Assembly (NCBI GenBank): GCA_965368975.1
Contig: CBDUPA010000010.1
Span: forward strand, 96,001-160,000
From: an uncultured bacterium
Lineage (GTDB): Bacteria; Acidobacteriota; Thermoanaerobaculia; Multivoradales; JAHZIX01
Reading direction: 5' to 3'
DNA: 64,000 nucleotides
Below, in pieces: positions 9,249-20,847 of the stretch (within the stretch, counting starts at the first letter, position 1; the number at the start of each line of letters is the position of its first letter). The notes under the pieces were generated by a model. That model was not told the DNA's origin, searched no databases, and saw only the letters and a program-made list of their open reading frames with translations. The position numbers were made by a program, and so were the translations under genes.

Positions 9249-10913
9249 ATGATCAACCAAGCGAACCTCTACGAGTCCCTGATCGCCAACACCGGTGCCA
9301 TTCCGAGAATGGCGGAGCCGAGGCCACCGAAGCTGTCTTCAGCGATCGTGCCGTGGCGCCGGGACGCCGACGGCAACGTCGAAGTGTATTGGGTGCGACG
9401 CTCACCGAAGCTGAAGTTCATGGGCGGATGGCGGGCGTTTCCCGGGGGTGGGTTGCAGAAGGCGGACGCGGAGATCGAGGCTTCTGCACGCCTGCACGGC
9501 CGACCTCGAGCGCTGACAGACTTGCCGCCGGACGCGGGCATGCCGGCATCCGACGCACCCGCGGCGGTGACACCGAACGACCATCCGGGGATCGTGGCGT
9601 GCGCGCTGCGCGAGCTGTTCGAGGAGACGGGAATCCTGCCCTCGGTGGAGAGTGGGGTCGAGGGTGAAATCGACGCCGAGCAACTGCACACGCAGCGGCG
9701 GCGCGTGCTCGACGCGGAGAGCCAGAAACGCGGCGCCGGGGCGGTGGCGTTCGCGGACATGCTGCGCGACCTCGACGTACACCTCGACGCGGAGCGTCTG
9801 ACCTTCGCTGGGCGCTGGCTGACGCCACCGATCGCGCCGTTACGCTTCGACAACCGCTTCTTCCTGCTGCACTGGCCAGCTTCGCAGGCAGTTCAGCCGT
9901 CGATCCTACCCGGTGAGCTGGTGGAAGGCAGCTGGGTACGGCCGGCAGCAGCACTCGACGCCTGGTGGCAAGGAGACGTCATCACCTCGCCGCCGATTCT
10001 GCACCTGCTGCGCGTGCTCGGCGAGGACGGCCCCGAAAGCGCTGCCGGATTGCGGCGGCTGCGCGTGCCGGACGAGGCGAATCTAGGGCCCTACCGGTGC
10101 ATCGAGTTCCGACCTGGCGTCATCCTGCTGCCGCTCGAGACGCCGACTCTGCCACCTGCGACGCACACCAACGCCTTTCTCCTCGGCACACGCGAGACAG
10201 TCCTGGTCGACCCCGGTTCGCCCTTACCAGCACAGATCGAAGGGTTGCAAGCCGCGGTGACGGACGCGCGCGCCAAGCGTGGTCTCGACATTCGAGCCAT
10301 CTGGTTGACCCATCACCACCCCGACCACGTCGGCGGTGTCGAGGCGCTGCGCCGTTTCCTGGACGTGCCGGTGCTGGCGCATCCGCTCACCGCCGAGCGG
10401 CTGGCGCCGCGCATCCGCATTGACGAGCACCTGACGGAGGAGCAGCACGTCACGCTGCACGGCACTCCCGAGCACGCAGCGCCGGACATGACGATCCGGG
10501 TGCTCCACACGCCGGGCCATGCGCGCGGCCACCTGAGCTTCTACGACGAGCGTTGGGGCTCTCTTCTGGGTGGCGACATCACCGCCGGCCTGGGCACCAT
10601 CGTCGTCGATCCACCGGAAGGCGACATGGACGACTACCTGGCGTCGCTGGCACGCCTGCGCGATCTGGGTGCGCGCACCCTCTTCCCCGCCCACGGCCCA
10701 GCGTCCACCGATCCGGCCGCCAAGTTTCAGGAGTACATCGACCATCGACTGTGGCGCGAACAGCGCATACTCGACGCCTGGCAAGCTGGACAGCGGCAGC
10801 CGGCGGACATGGTAGGGTCTGTCTACGACGATGTTCCCGCCGTGGCTCATCCAGTCGCGGCGCGGCAGTTGGAGGCCCATCTGGCCCGACTGCGCAAACA
10901 CGGCCGCCTTTGA
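9249..10913 (+). CDS. NUDIX hydrolase-like domain fused to a metallo-beta-lactamase-fold hydrolase (LACTB2-like)
   Basis: FPGG...ALRELFEETGI and WLTP..RFDNRFF (NUDIX, NUDT19-like); THHHPDHVGG, HTPGHARGH, GD, PAHG (MBL). Confidence 0.85.
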   Translation: MINQANLYESLIANTGAIPRMAEPRPPKLSSAIVPWRRDADGNVEVYWVRRSPKLKFMGGWRAFPGGGLQKADAEIEASARLHGRPRALTDLPPDAGMPASDAPAAVTPNDHPGIVACALRELFEETGILPSVESGVEGEIDAEQLHTQRRRVLDAESQKRGAGAVAFADMLRDLDVHLDAERLTFAGRWLTPPIAPLRFDNRFFLLHWPASQAVQPSILPGELVEGSWVRPAAALDAWWQGDVITSPPILHLLRVLGEDGPESAAGLRRLRVPDEANLGPYRCIEFRPGVILLPLETPTLPPATHTNAFLLGTRETVLVDPGSPLPAQIEGLQAAVTDARAKRGLDIRAIWLTHHHPDHVGGVEALRRFLDVPVLAHPLTAERLAPRIRIDEHLTEEQHVTLHGTPEHAAPDMTIRVLHTPGHARGHLSFYDERWGSLLGGDITAGLGTIVVDPPEGDMDDYLASLARLRDLGARTLFPAHGPASTDPAAKFQEYIDHRLWREQRILDAWQAGQRQPADMVGSVYDDVPAVAHPVAARQLEAHLARLRKHGRL

Positions 10914-10949
10914 GCCACTCCGGTTCTGAAGGCGGCCTTCGTCGCCCAG

Positions 10950-12701
10950 GTGCCGTCCATGCTGCGACTGAAGATCGAACCCCCGTACCGGCCGCCCTTC
11001 CTCGTCGAGATCCAGCAACCTCGAGTGACCTTCGGCCGCTCGCCGAACAGCGATATCTGCCTCGAAGACCAGTTCGCGTCGCGCACCCACGCCGAGTTGC
11101 GCGTCGATGGCGACACCTGCTGGATCACCGATTTCGATAGCGCCAACGGCACCTTTCTCGAAGGTCGCCGGCTACAGGGCACCGCCCGCCTGAAGCCAGG
11201 GAACCAGATTCAGATCGGCAGCACGACGATCGTCTTCCAGCCATCGAGCCGCCTGACCAGCACCGGCGAGCTGACCAGCGCCGGTAGCCGCACTGGTAGC
11301 CACACTGGCGACGACTCCGACGCGCCCTTCCGGCCGCAGACGCTGATCGCACGCCGCGGCACCGGCACCGGCACGCACCAGACGCGCATCACGTCAGTGA
11401 TCCGGACGCTCCAGCAGGTCTCGCCGCAACCGCAGGTCGACCGGCCGGAACAGACACAGATGCTGGCCGTGATGAGCAAGGTGGGCATTGCGCTGCTCAC
11501 CTCGTCGTCGCTCGACGAAGTCTTGCAGCAGCTGACCGAGCTGATCTTCGAAGGCATTCCGGCCGACCGCGCCTTCTTCCTGCTGCGCGAAGACGACGGC
11601 CACCTGGTGTGCAAGGCCGCCAGCTATCGTGACGAAAACGCAGACTCGACGCCGGCCGACACTGAAGTGCGGCTGAGCAGCTCGATCCGCGAGCTGGTCA
11701 TGGGACAGGGCCAGTCCGTCCTGACCTCGGACGCCCAGGACGATGACCGCTTCCGCGACCGCGAATCGATCGTGCTCAGCGGTGTACGCTCGGTCATGGC
11801 GGTACCGCTAGCCGTCGACGGCGACCAGCTGGGCATGATCTACGTCGACAGCCCGATGAACGTCAACGTCTTCACCGACGACGACCTACACCTGTTGACC
11901 ACTATCGCCAGCGTCGCCGCCATCCGGGTCGAGAACGCTCTGCTGCTGGAGCAGCGGATCGAGAACGAGCGCATCAAGGAGCAGCTCTACAAGGCCTACA
12001 ACATCCAGACGCGATTGCTGCCGACACGACCACCACGTGTCCCGGGCTACCGCCTGAACGGCACCAGCATGCCCTGCTTCGAGGTCGGCGGCGACTACTT
12101 CGACTTCATCCCGCAACCCAACGGGCGCATCCTGCTGGCGCTCGGCGACGTTTCGGGCAAAGGCATGGACGCGGCGATCCTGATGTCCAGCTTGCATGCA
12201 GCCATCCGTGTGCAGGCCGACGCCGGCATGCCTCTGGGTGAACTGACCAACCGCGTCAATCGCTATCTGTGCCAGACGATCCCGATGAATCGCTTCATCA
12301 CCGCCTTCTTGAGCCAGCTGGACCCTGAGACTCACCAGCTGATCTACACCAACTCGGGGCACAATCCGGCCCTGCTGGCACGCGCTACCGGCGAGGTCGA
12401 GTGGCTGCAACCGGACGGTGCTCCGCTCGGCATCTGCGACGATATCTCCTCGATCCCGGAGCGCAAGCTGCACATTCATGTCGGAGACGTGCTGGTGATC
12501 TACAGCGATGGCCTGACCGAGTCGGTCGATCCGGACGATCGCGAGTTCGGCGAGGAGCGGCTGGCGGACCTGGTGTGTCAGAACCACCATCTCGAGCCCG
12601 ACGAGCTACACAAGCTGATCGACCAAAGTCTGACCGAGTTCCTGGGTCAAGAACCGTATCTCGACGACGTCACCTTGGTCGTGCTCAAACGCCTTCGCTG
12701 A
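10950..12701 (+). CDS. FHA-GAF-SpoIIE/PP2C phosphatase
   Basis: FHA (FGRSPNSDI, ASRTHA, DFDSANGTF); GAF (VRSVMAVPL..GMIYVDS); PP2C (VGGDYF, GDVSGKG, SDGLTE, DDVT). Confidence 0.9.
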   Translation: MPSMLRLKIEPPYRPPFLVEIQQPRVTFGRSPNSDICLEDQFASRTHAELRVDGDTCWITDFDSANGTFLEGRRLQGTARLKPGNQIQIGSTTIVFQPSSRLTSTGELTSAGSRTGSHTGDDSDAPFRPQTLIARRGTGTGTHQTRITSVIRTLQQVSPQPQVDRPEQTQMLAVMSKVGIALLTSSSLDEVLQQLTELIFEGIPADRAFFLLREDDGHLVCKAASYRDENADSTPADTEVRLSSSIRELVMGQGQSVLTSDAQDDDRFRDRESIVLSGVRSVMAVPLAVDGDQLGMIYVDSPMNVNVFTDDDLHLLTTIASVAAIRVENALLLEQRIENERIKEQLYKAYNIQTRLLPTRPPRVPGYRLNGTSMPCFEVGGDYFDFIPQPNGRILLALGDVSGKGMDAAILMSSLHAAIRVQADAGMPLGELTNRVNRYLCQTIPMNRFITAFLSQLDPETHQLIYTNSGHNPALLARATGEVEWLQPDGAPLGICDDISSIPERKLHIHVGDVLVIYSDGLTESVDPDDREFGEERLADLVCQNHHLEPDELHKLIDQSLTEFLGQEPYLDDVTLVVLKRLR

Positions 12702-12812
12702 CTCCCCGACCCTCCAAAGAAAAACAGCGCGGCTGGGGGGCCGCGCTAGGCAAATGGACGGACTGGGTCGGAGCGTTAGGAGGAGGGGATCCGCCCGATC
12801 CATCCAGCTGAT

Positions 12813-13301
12813 TCAGTTGGGCAGAATGACCTGATCGATCACGTGGATCGTGCCATTGGAGGCCGTGATGTCGGCGGTGACCACGGTGGCGCCGTCGATC
12901 TTCACCTTGCCAGCTTCGACCAGGATGTCGACCGACTGACCGTTCAGCGTCTCAGCGCTCTCGAGGTCGACCACCTGACTGGAGGTGACGTTGCCGGCCA
13001 CCACGTGGTAGGTGAGGATCTGGGTCAGCTTCGCCTTGTTCTCCGGCTTCAGGAGGTCAGCAATCGTCTCTGCACCAAGGGCTGCGAAGGCTTCGTCGGT
13101 CGGAGCGAAGACGGTGAACGGACCGTCCCCCTTGAGCGCATCGACCAGATCTGCGGCCTGCAAGGCAGCGGCCAGAGTGTTGAACTGACCCGCGGCGACG
13201 GCGGTCTCGACGATGTCCTTCTTCTCATAGTTGCCGCCAGCGAATGCGATCGGCGCGGCGAGGAGTGTGAAGACGACAGTAGCGATCAGGATATTCTTCA
13301 T
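12813..13301 (-). CDS. Secreted fasciclin (FAS1) domain protein
   Basis: Signal peptide [11 protein letters not shown]...AFA; [33 protein letters not shown]; AGGAG RBS. Confidence 0.93.
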   Translation of the reverse strand: MKNILIATVVFTLLAAPIAFAGGNYEKKDIVETAVAAGQFNTLAAALQAADLVDALKGDGPFTVFAPTDEAFAALGAETIADLLKPENKAKLTQILTYHVVAGNVTSSQVVDLESAETLNGQSVDILVEAGKVKIDGATVVTADITASNGTIHVIDQVILPN

Positions 13302-13482
13302 GGTTCCAACTCTCCTTGTATCTCTATTGGTAATGGCTCTAGCAGCTTGTTGTCTGCAAGGCGGGAAGCTGCGTTCATTGCAACCATTCGACCCTAGGAA
13401 GAGGGTGGATTCATGAAGCTGGATAAAATCTGGACAAAATCTAGACACGCCCACGCCAGCCCCCCCCGCGCCGGCCGTCGAC

Positions 13483-14523
13483 TCAGCCGCCGATGCGGAA
13501 CATCTCGACCTTGTCGGCAGGCTCGAAGGTACCCTGGCGGAGGGCTTCACTGCGCTGCTCCGAATAGCGATCCGCGCGCACCTGCCACAGTGACGCCAGC
13601 CGTACGCGCAGCTGGTCATCGCTCTCACCGGCGCGCAGCGGCGTCTTGATATCGCTACCGTGCTGGGCGAACAGGCAAGTATAGAGCTGCCCCTCGGCGG
13701 ACAAGCGCAGGCGATTGCAGTCACCGCAGAAGGGCTGGGTGACGGAGGGAATGACGCCAACTTCGCCGCCACCGTCGCGGTAGCGATAGCGCAGCGCGAC
13801 CTCGCCGCGATGGGCCGGAGCCACGGGTTCGAGCGGCCAGACGGCGTCGAGGCGCTCGACGATCTCACTCGCCGCCAGCACGGCCGACGGCTGCCAGCGG
13901 TTGACCGTGCCGACGTCCATGTACTCGATGAAGCGCACGGTGTAGCCGTGCTCGCGGCCGAAGCCGGCGAGGTCGACGAGTTCGTGCTCGTTGACATCAG
14001 CCAGGGGCACCACGTTGAGCTTGACCGGCAAACCGGCGGACCGCGCGGCCGTCAGCCCGCGCAGGACGGCGTCGAGGTCGGCGGTCGGCCCACCGATCCG
14101 GCGACAGGATTCTGCATCCAGGGAATGAAAGCTGACGGTGACCCTCGACAGGCCGGCTGCGGCCAGGGGCGCGGCGTTGTCCGCCAGCAGCGCACCATTG
14201 GTCGTCAGCGCTAGATCCTCGACACCCTCAATGGCACGCAACTGGGTAACCAGGCGGTCGAGGTCCTTGCGCAGCAGCGGCTCGCCCCCTGTCAGCCGGA
14301 CCTTGCGCACGCCGAGATCGACACACAGGCGCGCTACGCGGGTCATTTCTTCGAAGCTGAAAATCTCGCGCCGAGGAACAAACGAGTAGGCGCGATCGCC
14401 TGGCATGCAGAAGCTGCAACGGAAGTTGCAACGATCGGTCACCGAGATGCGCAGATCGCGGAGCGGTCGCCGCAGAGTATCAACCACCGTCTGATCAGAA
14501 CGCGGCAGGACAGGCAATGTCAT
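13483..14523 (-). CDS. moaA: GTP 3',8-cyclase (molybdenum cofactor biosynthesis)
   Basis: [18 protein letters not shown] radical-SAM motif; [10 protein letters not shown]...C; C-terminal IGG. Confidence 0.95.
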   Translation of the reverse strand: MTLPVLPRSDQTVVDTLRRPLRDLRISVTDRCNFRCSFCMPGDRAYSFVPRREIFSFEEMTRVARLCVDLGVRKVRLTGGEPLLRKDLDRLVTQLRAIEGVEDLALTTNGALLADNAAPLAAAGLSRVTVSFHSLDAESCRRIGGPTADLDAVLRGLTAARSAGLPVKLNVVPLADVNEHELVDLAGFGREHGYTVRFIEYMDVGTVNRWQPSAVLAASEIVERLDAVWPLEPVAPAHRGEVALRYRYRDGGGEVGVIPSVTQPFCGDCNRLRLSAEGQLYTCLFAQHGSDIKTPLRAGESDDQLRVRLASLWQVRADRYSEQRSEALRQGTFEPADKVEMFRIGG

Positions 14524-14532
14524 CGCGCGACC

Positions 14533-16158
<1,626 letters not shown>

Positions 16159-16165
16159 GGGACCG

Positions 16166-17029
16166 TCAGTTGCCCTCGGGCCGCTGACCGCGCAGCCGGG
16201 TGAGCAGAAGGTGGTTGGTGAAGGGCATTGGCAGGAGGAAGTCGGCTCCCGCTTCGAGGCAGCGGAAGGCACCCTGCAACGCCTCGACCGTGGAAACGAC
16301 CAGAATGCGCAGCTGCGGCTCGCCCAGGGCACGCGCTTGCCGGATCAGGGCCTCGGCGTCGCAGTCGGGACTGCGATGATCGACCAGGAGCGCGTACAGG
16401 TCACCGCGGGCCACCGCGGCCAAGACCTCGTTGCTATCGACAGCGCGATGTGCCTCGAAACCGATCTCGCCCAGCTGCCGCTCGATACCCGCGCACAGCT
16501 CGGCGTCGTGGACGGCGACCCAAGCAACCTCGCGATGCATACCGGGCTCTGGACCGCTCACGGGAGCACTACTCACGGGAGCACTGCTCACGGGAACACT
16601 GGCGGCGGCCGGAGTCGGAGCCGGTGCTCGACCGCGTGGAGGAGCCGGCGATGCCTCTGCAGCCTTGCGCCGCAGCAAGTCCTCGACCTTGCGCAGCAGC
16701 CGCCGCAGGTCGACCGGCTTGGTGTCATAGTCGTCGCAACCAGCCTGCAAGGCTTTCTCGGCATCGCCGGACATGGCGTGTGCGGACAGACCGAGGATGG
16801 GAATGCCGCGTGTGCTGCTGTTGGCCTTGAGGATGCGTGTGGCCTCGTAGCCGTCCATCACAGGCAGGCTGATGTCCATCAGGATGAGATCGGGGAGCTC
16901 CGCCTTGGCCTTCTCGATGCTCTCCGCGCCGTCTACCGCGACACTGATCTCGTGCCCACGGCGCGCCAGCCGGCGCTGCAGCATGTCCCGGTTCATCTCA
17001 TTGTCTTCGACGAGCAAAATTCTGGCCAT
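16166..17029 (-). CDS. Response regulator: DivK-like REC + Pro/Ala/Ser linker + degenerate second REC
   Basis: MARILLVEDN..ILMDISLP..LSAHA..YDTKP; the second domain has a REC-like pattern but lacks canonical residues (VHD, FLLPMP). Confidence 0.85.
   Translation of the reverse strand: MARILLVEDNEMNRDMLQRRLARRGHEISVAVDGAESIEKAKAELPDLILMDISLPVMDGYEATRILKANSSTRGIPILGLSAHAMSGDAEKALQAGCDDYDTKPVDLRRLLRKVEDLLRRKAAEASPAPPRGRAPAPTPAAASVPVSSAPVSSAPVSGPEPGMHREVAWVAVHDAELCAGIERQLGEIGFEAHRAVDSNEVLAAVARGDLYALLVDHRSPDCDAEALIRQARALGEPQLRILVVSTVEALQGAFRCLEAGADFLLPMPFTNHLLLTRLRGQRPEGN
16557..16601. repeat. 15-bp tandem repeat x3 encoding an (S)SAPV linker
   Basis: CTCACGGGAGCACT(A/G) repeated three times, the third with one mismatch. 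Confidence 0.85.
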
Positions 17030-17167
17030 AGGAGCTTTCGTCAAGACTGCCAGCAGTTTCCGTGCCACAGCCGATTGGGCAGTATAGCACCCAGCTCGGC
17101 ACACAGCGGCACGCGTCCGCGCGCGTTTTTGCACCGGTAGACGTCGGACGGCAAGCGCTGGTGCGGC

Positions 17168-18262
17168 TCAGGGTGGAGGTGTCGCTGGCGTGCCGCCTGG
17201 TGGGCTCTGTCCGGGCAGTGCCGGCTCGGGCAAGGGCACCGACGGCAGCGTCACCGTGACGCCGTACTCCAGAGCGCCAGCCGCTGGTGGCGGCGGCAGG
17301 GCCAGCGGCGGCAGGGCCAGCGACAGATCGCTCGGCAGGGCGATCTCGAGCGCCCGTGGTGCCTGCTGCCGGTTGGGCCACAAGCTGCCCGGATCGCGCA
17401 CCGGGTTGAGACCTTCGATCCCCAGCTCCCGCAGGGCTCCGGCGGCCGTAGAGGGTAGCTCGAGTACGGTCTGGGCCAGCGCCTGGCGGCGCCCCGGATC
17501 GAGGCTGGGACCGACCGACAACACCGGCAGGGACAGCGGCGGGCTGGTGTACACGGTGCGCAGGTCGTCACCGAGGTGGGCAGCGAGCAGCGGGTTGTAC
17601 TCGGCGATCAAGGCCGCGTCGGCCTGCTGGAAGAGCACATTGGCCGTGGCACTGAAGTCGTCTTCCTCGTGCACCAGCTGGAAGCGATCCGCCGGATCCA
17701 GGCGGCCGGCGAAGATCTCTTGCTGCAAGAAGCGGTGGAGGCTGGAGCCGGCCGTCTCGACGACCACGACCGAAGCACCGCTCAGGTCGGCGGGCTCCTG
17801 CAATTCGGCACGCTCGGCACGTACGACCAGCACTCGCCGGTAGACCTCCTCGCCGTTGCGCACAAAACGATGTACCGGTTGCAGCTCGATGCCTGGAGGT
17901 AGGTCGAGGAGAAAGCTGACCTCGCTGAGAACCAGCGCGACACGATCACCGTTGGCTTCCAGGTAGTCGTGCGCGTCCTGCCAGCGGCGGAAGATCTCCA
18001 CGCGCAGATCGAGGGCCGCTCCCGTGCCCAAGGCCTGTCCCAGCTCGGTCAGGGCCGCGGCAGCACGGGCTGCATTCTCGATCGGTACCGCCGGCAGGTG
18101 CACCAGCAACACGTCAGCTTCCCGTTCTTGCGCTGCAGCAACTGCCGGCTGCAACATGCAGCCGACCAGCACACAGACGCACAGCCTCCAGAGGTCCGGC
18201 ACGTTCGCGGGCAAGAAACTCAGCCCCCTCAAGGCAGGAACCTCTGCAGCGTCTCGATCCAT
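17168..18262 (-). CDS. Periplasmic PhnD/phosphonate-binding-like (type II PBP) protein with Pro-rich tail
   Basis: Signal-like segment (LCVCVLVGCMLQPAVAAAQ); YRRVLVVRAE..DLSG, NVLFQQADAALI, YTSPPLSLP pattern of Phosphonate-bd family proteins. Confidence 0.6.
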   Translation of the reverse strand: MDRDAAEVPALRGLSFLPANVPDLWRLCVCVLVGCMLQPAVAAAQEREADVLLVHLPAVPIENAARAAAALTELGQALGTGAALDLRVEIFRRWQDAHDYLEANGDRVALVLSEVSFLLDLPPGIELQPVHRFVRNGEEVYRRVLVVRAERAELQEPADLSGASVVVVETAGSSLHRFLQQEIFAGRLDPADRFQLVHEEDDFSATANVLFQQADAALIAEYNPLLAAHLGDDLRTVYTSPPLSLPVLSVGPSLDPGRRQALAQTVLELPSTAAGALRELGIEGLNPVRDPGSLWPNRQQAPRALEIALPSDLSLALPPLALPPPPAAGALEYGVTVTLPSVPLPEPALPGQSPPGGTPATPPP

Positions 18263-20847
18263 CCCGTGACTTCTCCTCGGCGCCCGCCGCTCGAAACGTA
18301 GGCTCGGTAGAGTTCCAGCGCGGCAGCGCCGTCACCACTCTGCTCACGCACGATCCCCAAGTTCAAGGTTGCCGCCGTCAGGCGCGGCGCGGCACGCTGC
18401 GCCGCTTCGAAGCTACGCCCCGCGGCAGCCGCATCACCCGCACGTTGAAGGGCAATACCGAGGTTGTTGTGCGCCACCGGTAGCAAGGCTGCATCGAGAT
18501 CTCCCGCGACCGCGGCGGCGAGGTCGGACCGCCCGTCGCCACCGGCCAGCAGGCGCGCCGTGCCGCGCACCAGGTGGGCCCGAGCTTCGTCGGTGCGGCT
18601 CAGCGGCAGGCGCAGGGCCGCATCGGCCAGCTGGCCAGCTTGGCGAGCATCGGAGTCGAGAGCCGCCAGAGCTTGTGCCGTGCGCACCATGCCCAAGACC
18701 TGGGAGCGTCGGGCACACAGCTGAACACGGGCGTCGACGCTCAGGCTGAGCAGCAGTTGCACACGCTCACTGCCGGCACCACGCGGGGCGACAGGATTCT
18801 CGTCACGCGCCGGTTCGCAGGCACTCCTCATGGCTTGCAGCCGTGTCACCGCCGCCGCCAGGTCACCGGAATGAGCCAGAATCTCGGCCAGGGCCAGATG
18901 CGGACCGGGCCAGCCCGGGAAACGCTCGACGGCCATCTCCAGGGCGGTGCGCGCCGGTGCTTCCGGCCCGGCAGCAGACCCGGCGGGTCGGGAGAGCCAG
19001 AGCAACTGACCGAGGTTGGCAGCGCCCAACGCTGCCAGATCCAGCGAGGCCACATCCTGCACCGAGCTCCCGGCACCTTGCCCCTGAAGACTTTCCAAGG
19101 TGCGCAGCGCACGTTCCGTCTCGCCGCTCAAGGCATCGAGCACAGCGCTGGCCAGCAACGCCGGCCGATAGTCGCCGCCTTGACGCAGGAGCTGTGCAAG
19201 CTGCTGGCGGGCGGGCTCCACTTCGCCGTCGCGGGCCAGCAGCAAGGCATAGGTAGTGATCAGAGCCTGCCGGGTCGACGCTTCCGCAGCGTCCAGCTCG
19301 GGAAGCAGTTCGACCAGCTGTGTCCGTGCTTCGGCGCTGCGCTGCTGTTGCAACAGCACCAGCACCAGATTGAGGCGCACCGGCAGCCATTCCGGACGCG
19401 CCGTCGCCGAGCCACCGCTCTGCAGCACGCGTCGATAGACAGCTTCTTCAGCGCGCGGGTTCGCCTGCAAGCGCGCCAGCGACGCCAACTCCAGTGCCGC
19501 GGCGGGCTCGGAGGGAGCCAGTTCGAAGGCGTGCTCAATCAGCGGGCGCGCTTCCTGTGGACGCCCGTCCACGCGCAGTTGCCGGCCCAGTGCCAGCAAC
19601 GCTGGCAGGTCGTCCGGCCGCGCGGCGAGGAGTTCGCGCCAGGCCGGCTCGGCCTCGGCAGGGCGACCTCGAGCGGCGTGCACTTCGGCCAGCAAGCGGT
19701 ACGCTGAGACCCGATCGTTACCGTCCAGGTAGCTCAATCCGGCCTGCGCCTGGCGCACGGCTTCGTCCGGCTGCCCCTGCCGGCGTGCAACTCGCGCCAG
19801 GTGCAAGTAGGCCAGCGGCAGAGCCGGATCGAGTTCCAGCGCCCGTCGGTAGGTGCTGGCGGCCGCATCGCCGTCCCCCAGCTCATAGTAGGCGTAGCCC
19901 AGGTGGTACTGAGCGCTGGCATCCGCCGGATCGAGGCGCACCGCCTTCGAATAGGCGGTCACCGCGTCCCGCCACTGCCGACGCTGGAAGTGGCTGGCCC
20001 CCAGGTTGCGATATGCACGCGCGTGGACCGGGTCGACCGCGTCTCCACCGGCGAGAGCCTGGTCGATCGGCGCCAGCGCCACACGATAGGCTCGCTCGGC
20101 TTCGTCGTAGCGTCCCAACTCCACCAGCACCGCACCCAGATTGTAGTGCGCGCGCAGGAAGTCCTCGTCGCGGTCGATAGCTCGCTCGTAGGCCGCGACG
20201 GCATCGTCCAGGCGGCCCTGCTCGTGGTAGGCGTTGCCCAGGGCGTAGAGCACACGCGGCTCGCGCGGCGCCAACTCGCTGGCCCGCAGCAGCGCCTCCA
20301 GGGCCTCCGCACCACGCCCCAGGCGCCGCAGCACCGCGCCCTGGAACAAGTGGAGTTCCGCATCGCGCGGGTGCGACACCAGGGCCCGCTCGACGTGCCC
20401 GAGCGCTTCCTGCGGCTGATCCTGGTCGAGGCTCAGTACCGCCGCGTTGTAGCGCAGACCGCGGTCGTCGGGCTCTTGCTGCAAGCCAGCGTTGAAGACG
20501 GCCAGCGCCTCTGGCTTCTGGCCCTGCTGGAACAGCAGCGCGCCCAGACCCGCGTACGACTCCACGACTCGCGGCGCCAGCTCGATCGCCTCCCGGTAGG
20601 CGGCCTCGGCGTCGCCCGGCCGTCCTCGCTCCTGCGCACGCGTCGCCCGATCCAGCAGTTCGAGAACCACCTCGGGGATGTCGTCCTGCGCCAGGATGGG
20701 CCCAGCAGTCAGGACCGACAAGGGCAAACCAGCCAGCAGCAGCCACAGGACTGCCAGCTGGCTGGCTAGTTCACTTCCTAGCCCCCTAGCGAACCGGCGA
20801 CGGGGCGACAGGAGCGCCGGCCTAGAACTGAACTTCGACGGATCCAT
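18229..20847 (-). CDS. Large exported TPR-repeat protein
   Basis: Signal-like N-terminus (VLWLLLAGLPL...ILAQ); many TPRs (AHYNLGAVL, AYRNLGA, AQYHLGYAY, AHNNLGIAL). Confidence 0.85.
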   Translation of the reverse strand: MDPSKFSSRPALLSPRRRFARGLGSELASQLAVLWLLLAGLPLSVLTAGPILAQDDIPEVVLELLDRATRAQERGRPGDAEAAYREAIELAPRVVESYAGLGALLFQQGQKPEALAVFNAGLQQEPDDRGLRYNAAVLSLDQDQPQEALGHVERALVSHPRDAELHLFQGAVLRRLGRGAEALEALLRASELAPREPRVLYALGNAYHEQGRLDDAVAAYERAIDRDEDFLRAHYNLGAVLVELGRYDEAERAYRVALAPIDQALAGGDAVDPVHARAYRNLGASHFQRRQWRDAVTAYSKAVRLDPADASAQYHLGYAYYELGDGDAAASTYRRALELDPALPLAYLHLARVARRQGQPDEAVRQAQAGLSYLDGNDRVSAYRLLAEVHAARGRPAEAEPAWRELLAARPDDLPALLALGRQLRVDGRPQEARPLIEHAFELAPSEPAAALELASLARLQANPRAEEAVYRRVLQSGGSATARPEWLPVRLNLVLVLLQQQRSAEARTQLVELLPELDAAEASTRQALITTYALLLARDGEVEPARQQLAQLLRQGGDYRPALLASAVLDALSGETERALRTLESLQGQGAGSSVQDVASLDLAALGAANLGQLLWLSRPAGSAAGPEAPARTALEMAVERFPGWPGPHLALAEILAHSGDLAAAVTRLQAMRSACEPARDENPVAPRGAGSERVQLLLSLSVDARVQLCARRSQVLGMVRTAQALAALDSDARQAGQLADAALRLPLSRTDEARAHLVRGTARLLAGGDGRSDLAAAVAGDLDAALLPVAHNNLGIALQRAGDAAAAGRSFEAAQRAAPRLTAATLNLGIVREQSGDGAAALELYRAYVSSGGRRGEVTGWIETLQRFLP

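Noticed and set aside
13302-13997. Long N-terminal extension of the fasciclin ORF (394-aa call)
   Set aside because: It overlaps moaA; the RBS and signal peptide point to a start at 13301
16159-16332. N-terminal extension of the REC-kinase ORF (599-aa call)
   Set aside because: It overlaps the upstream response regulator; ATG 16158 fits the operon spacing
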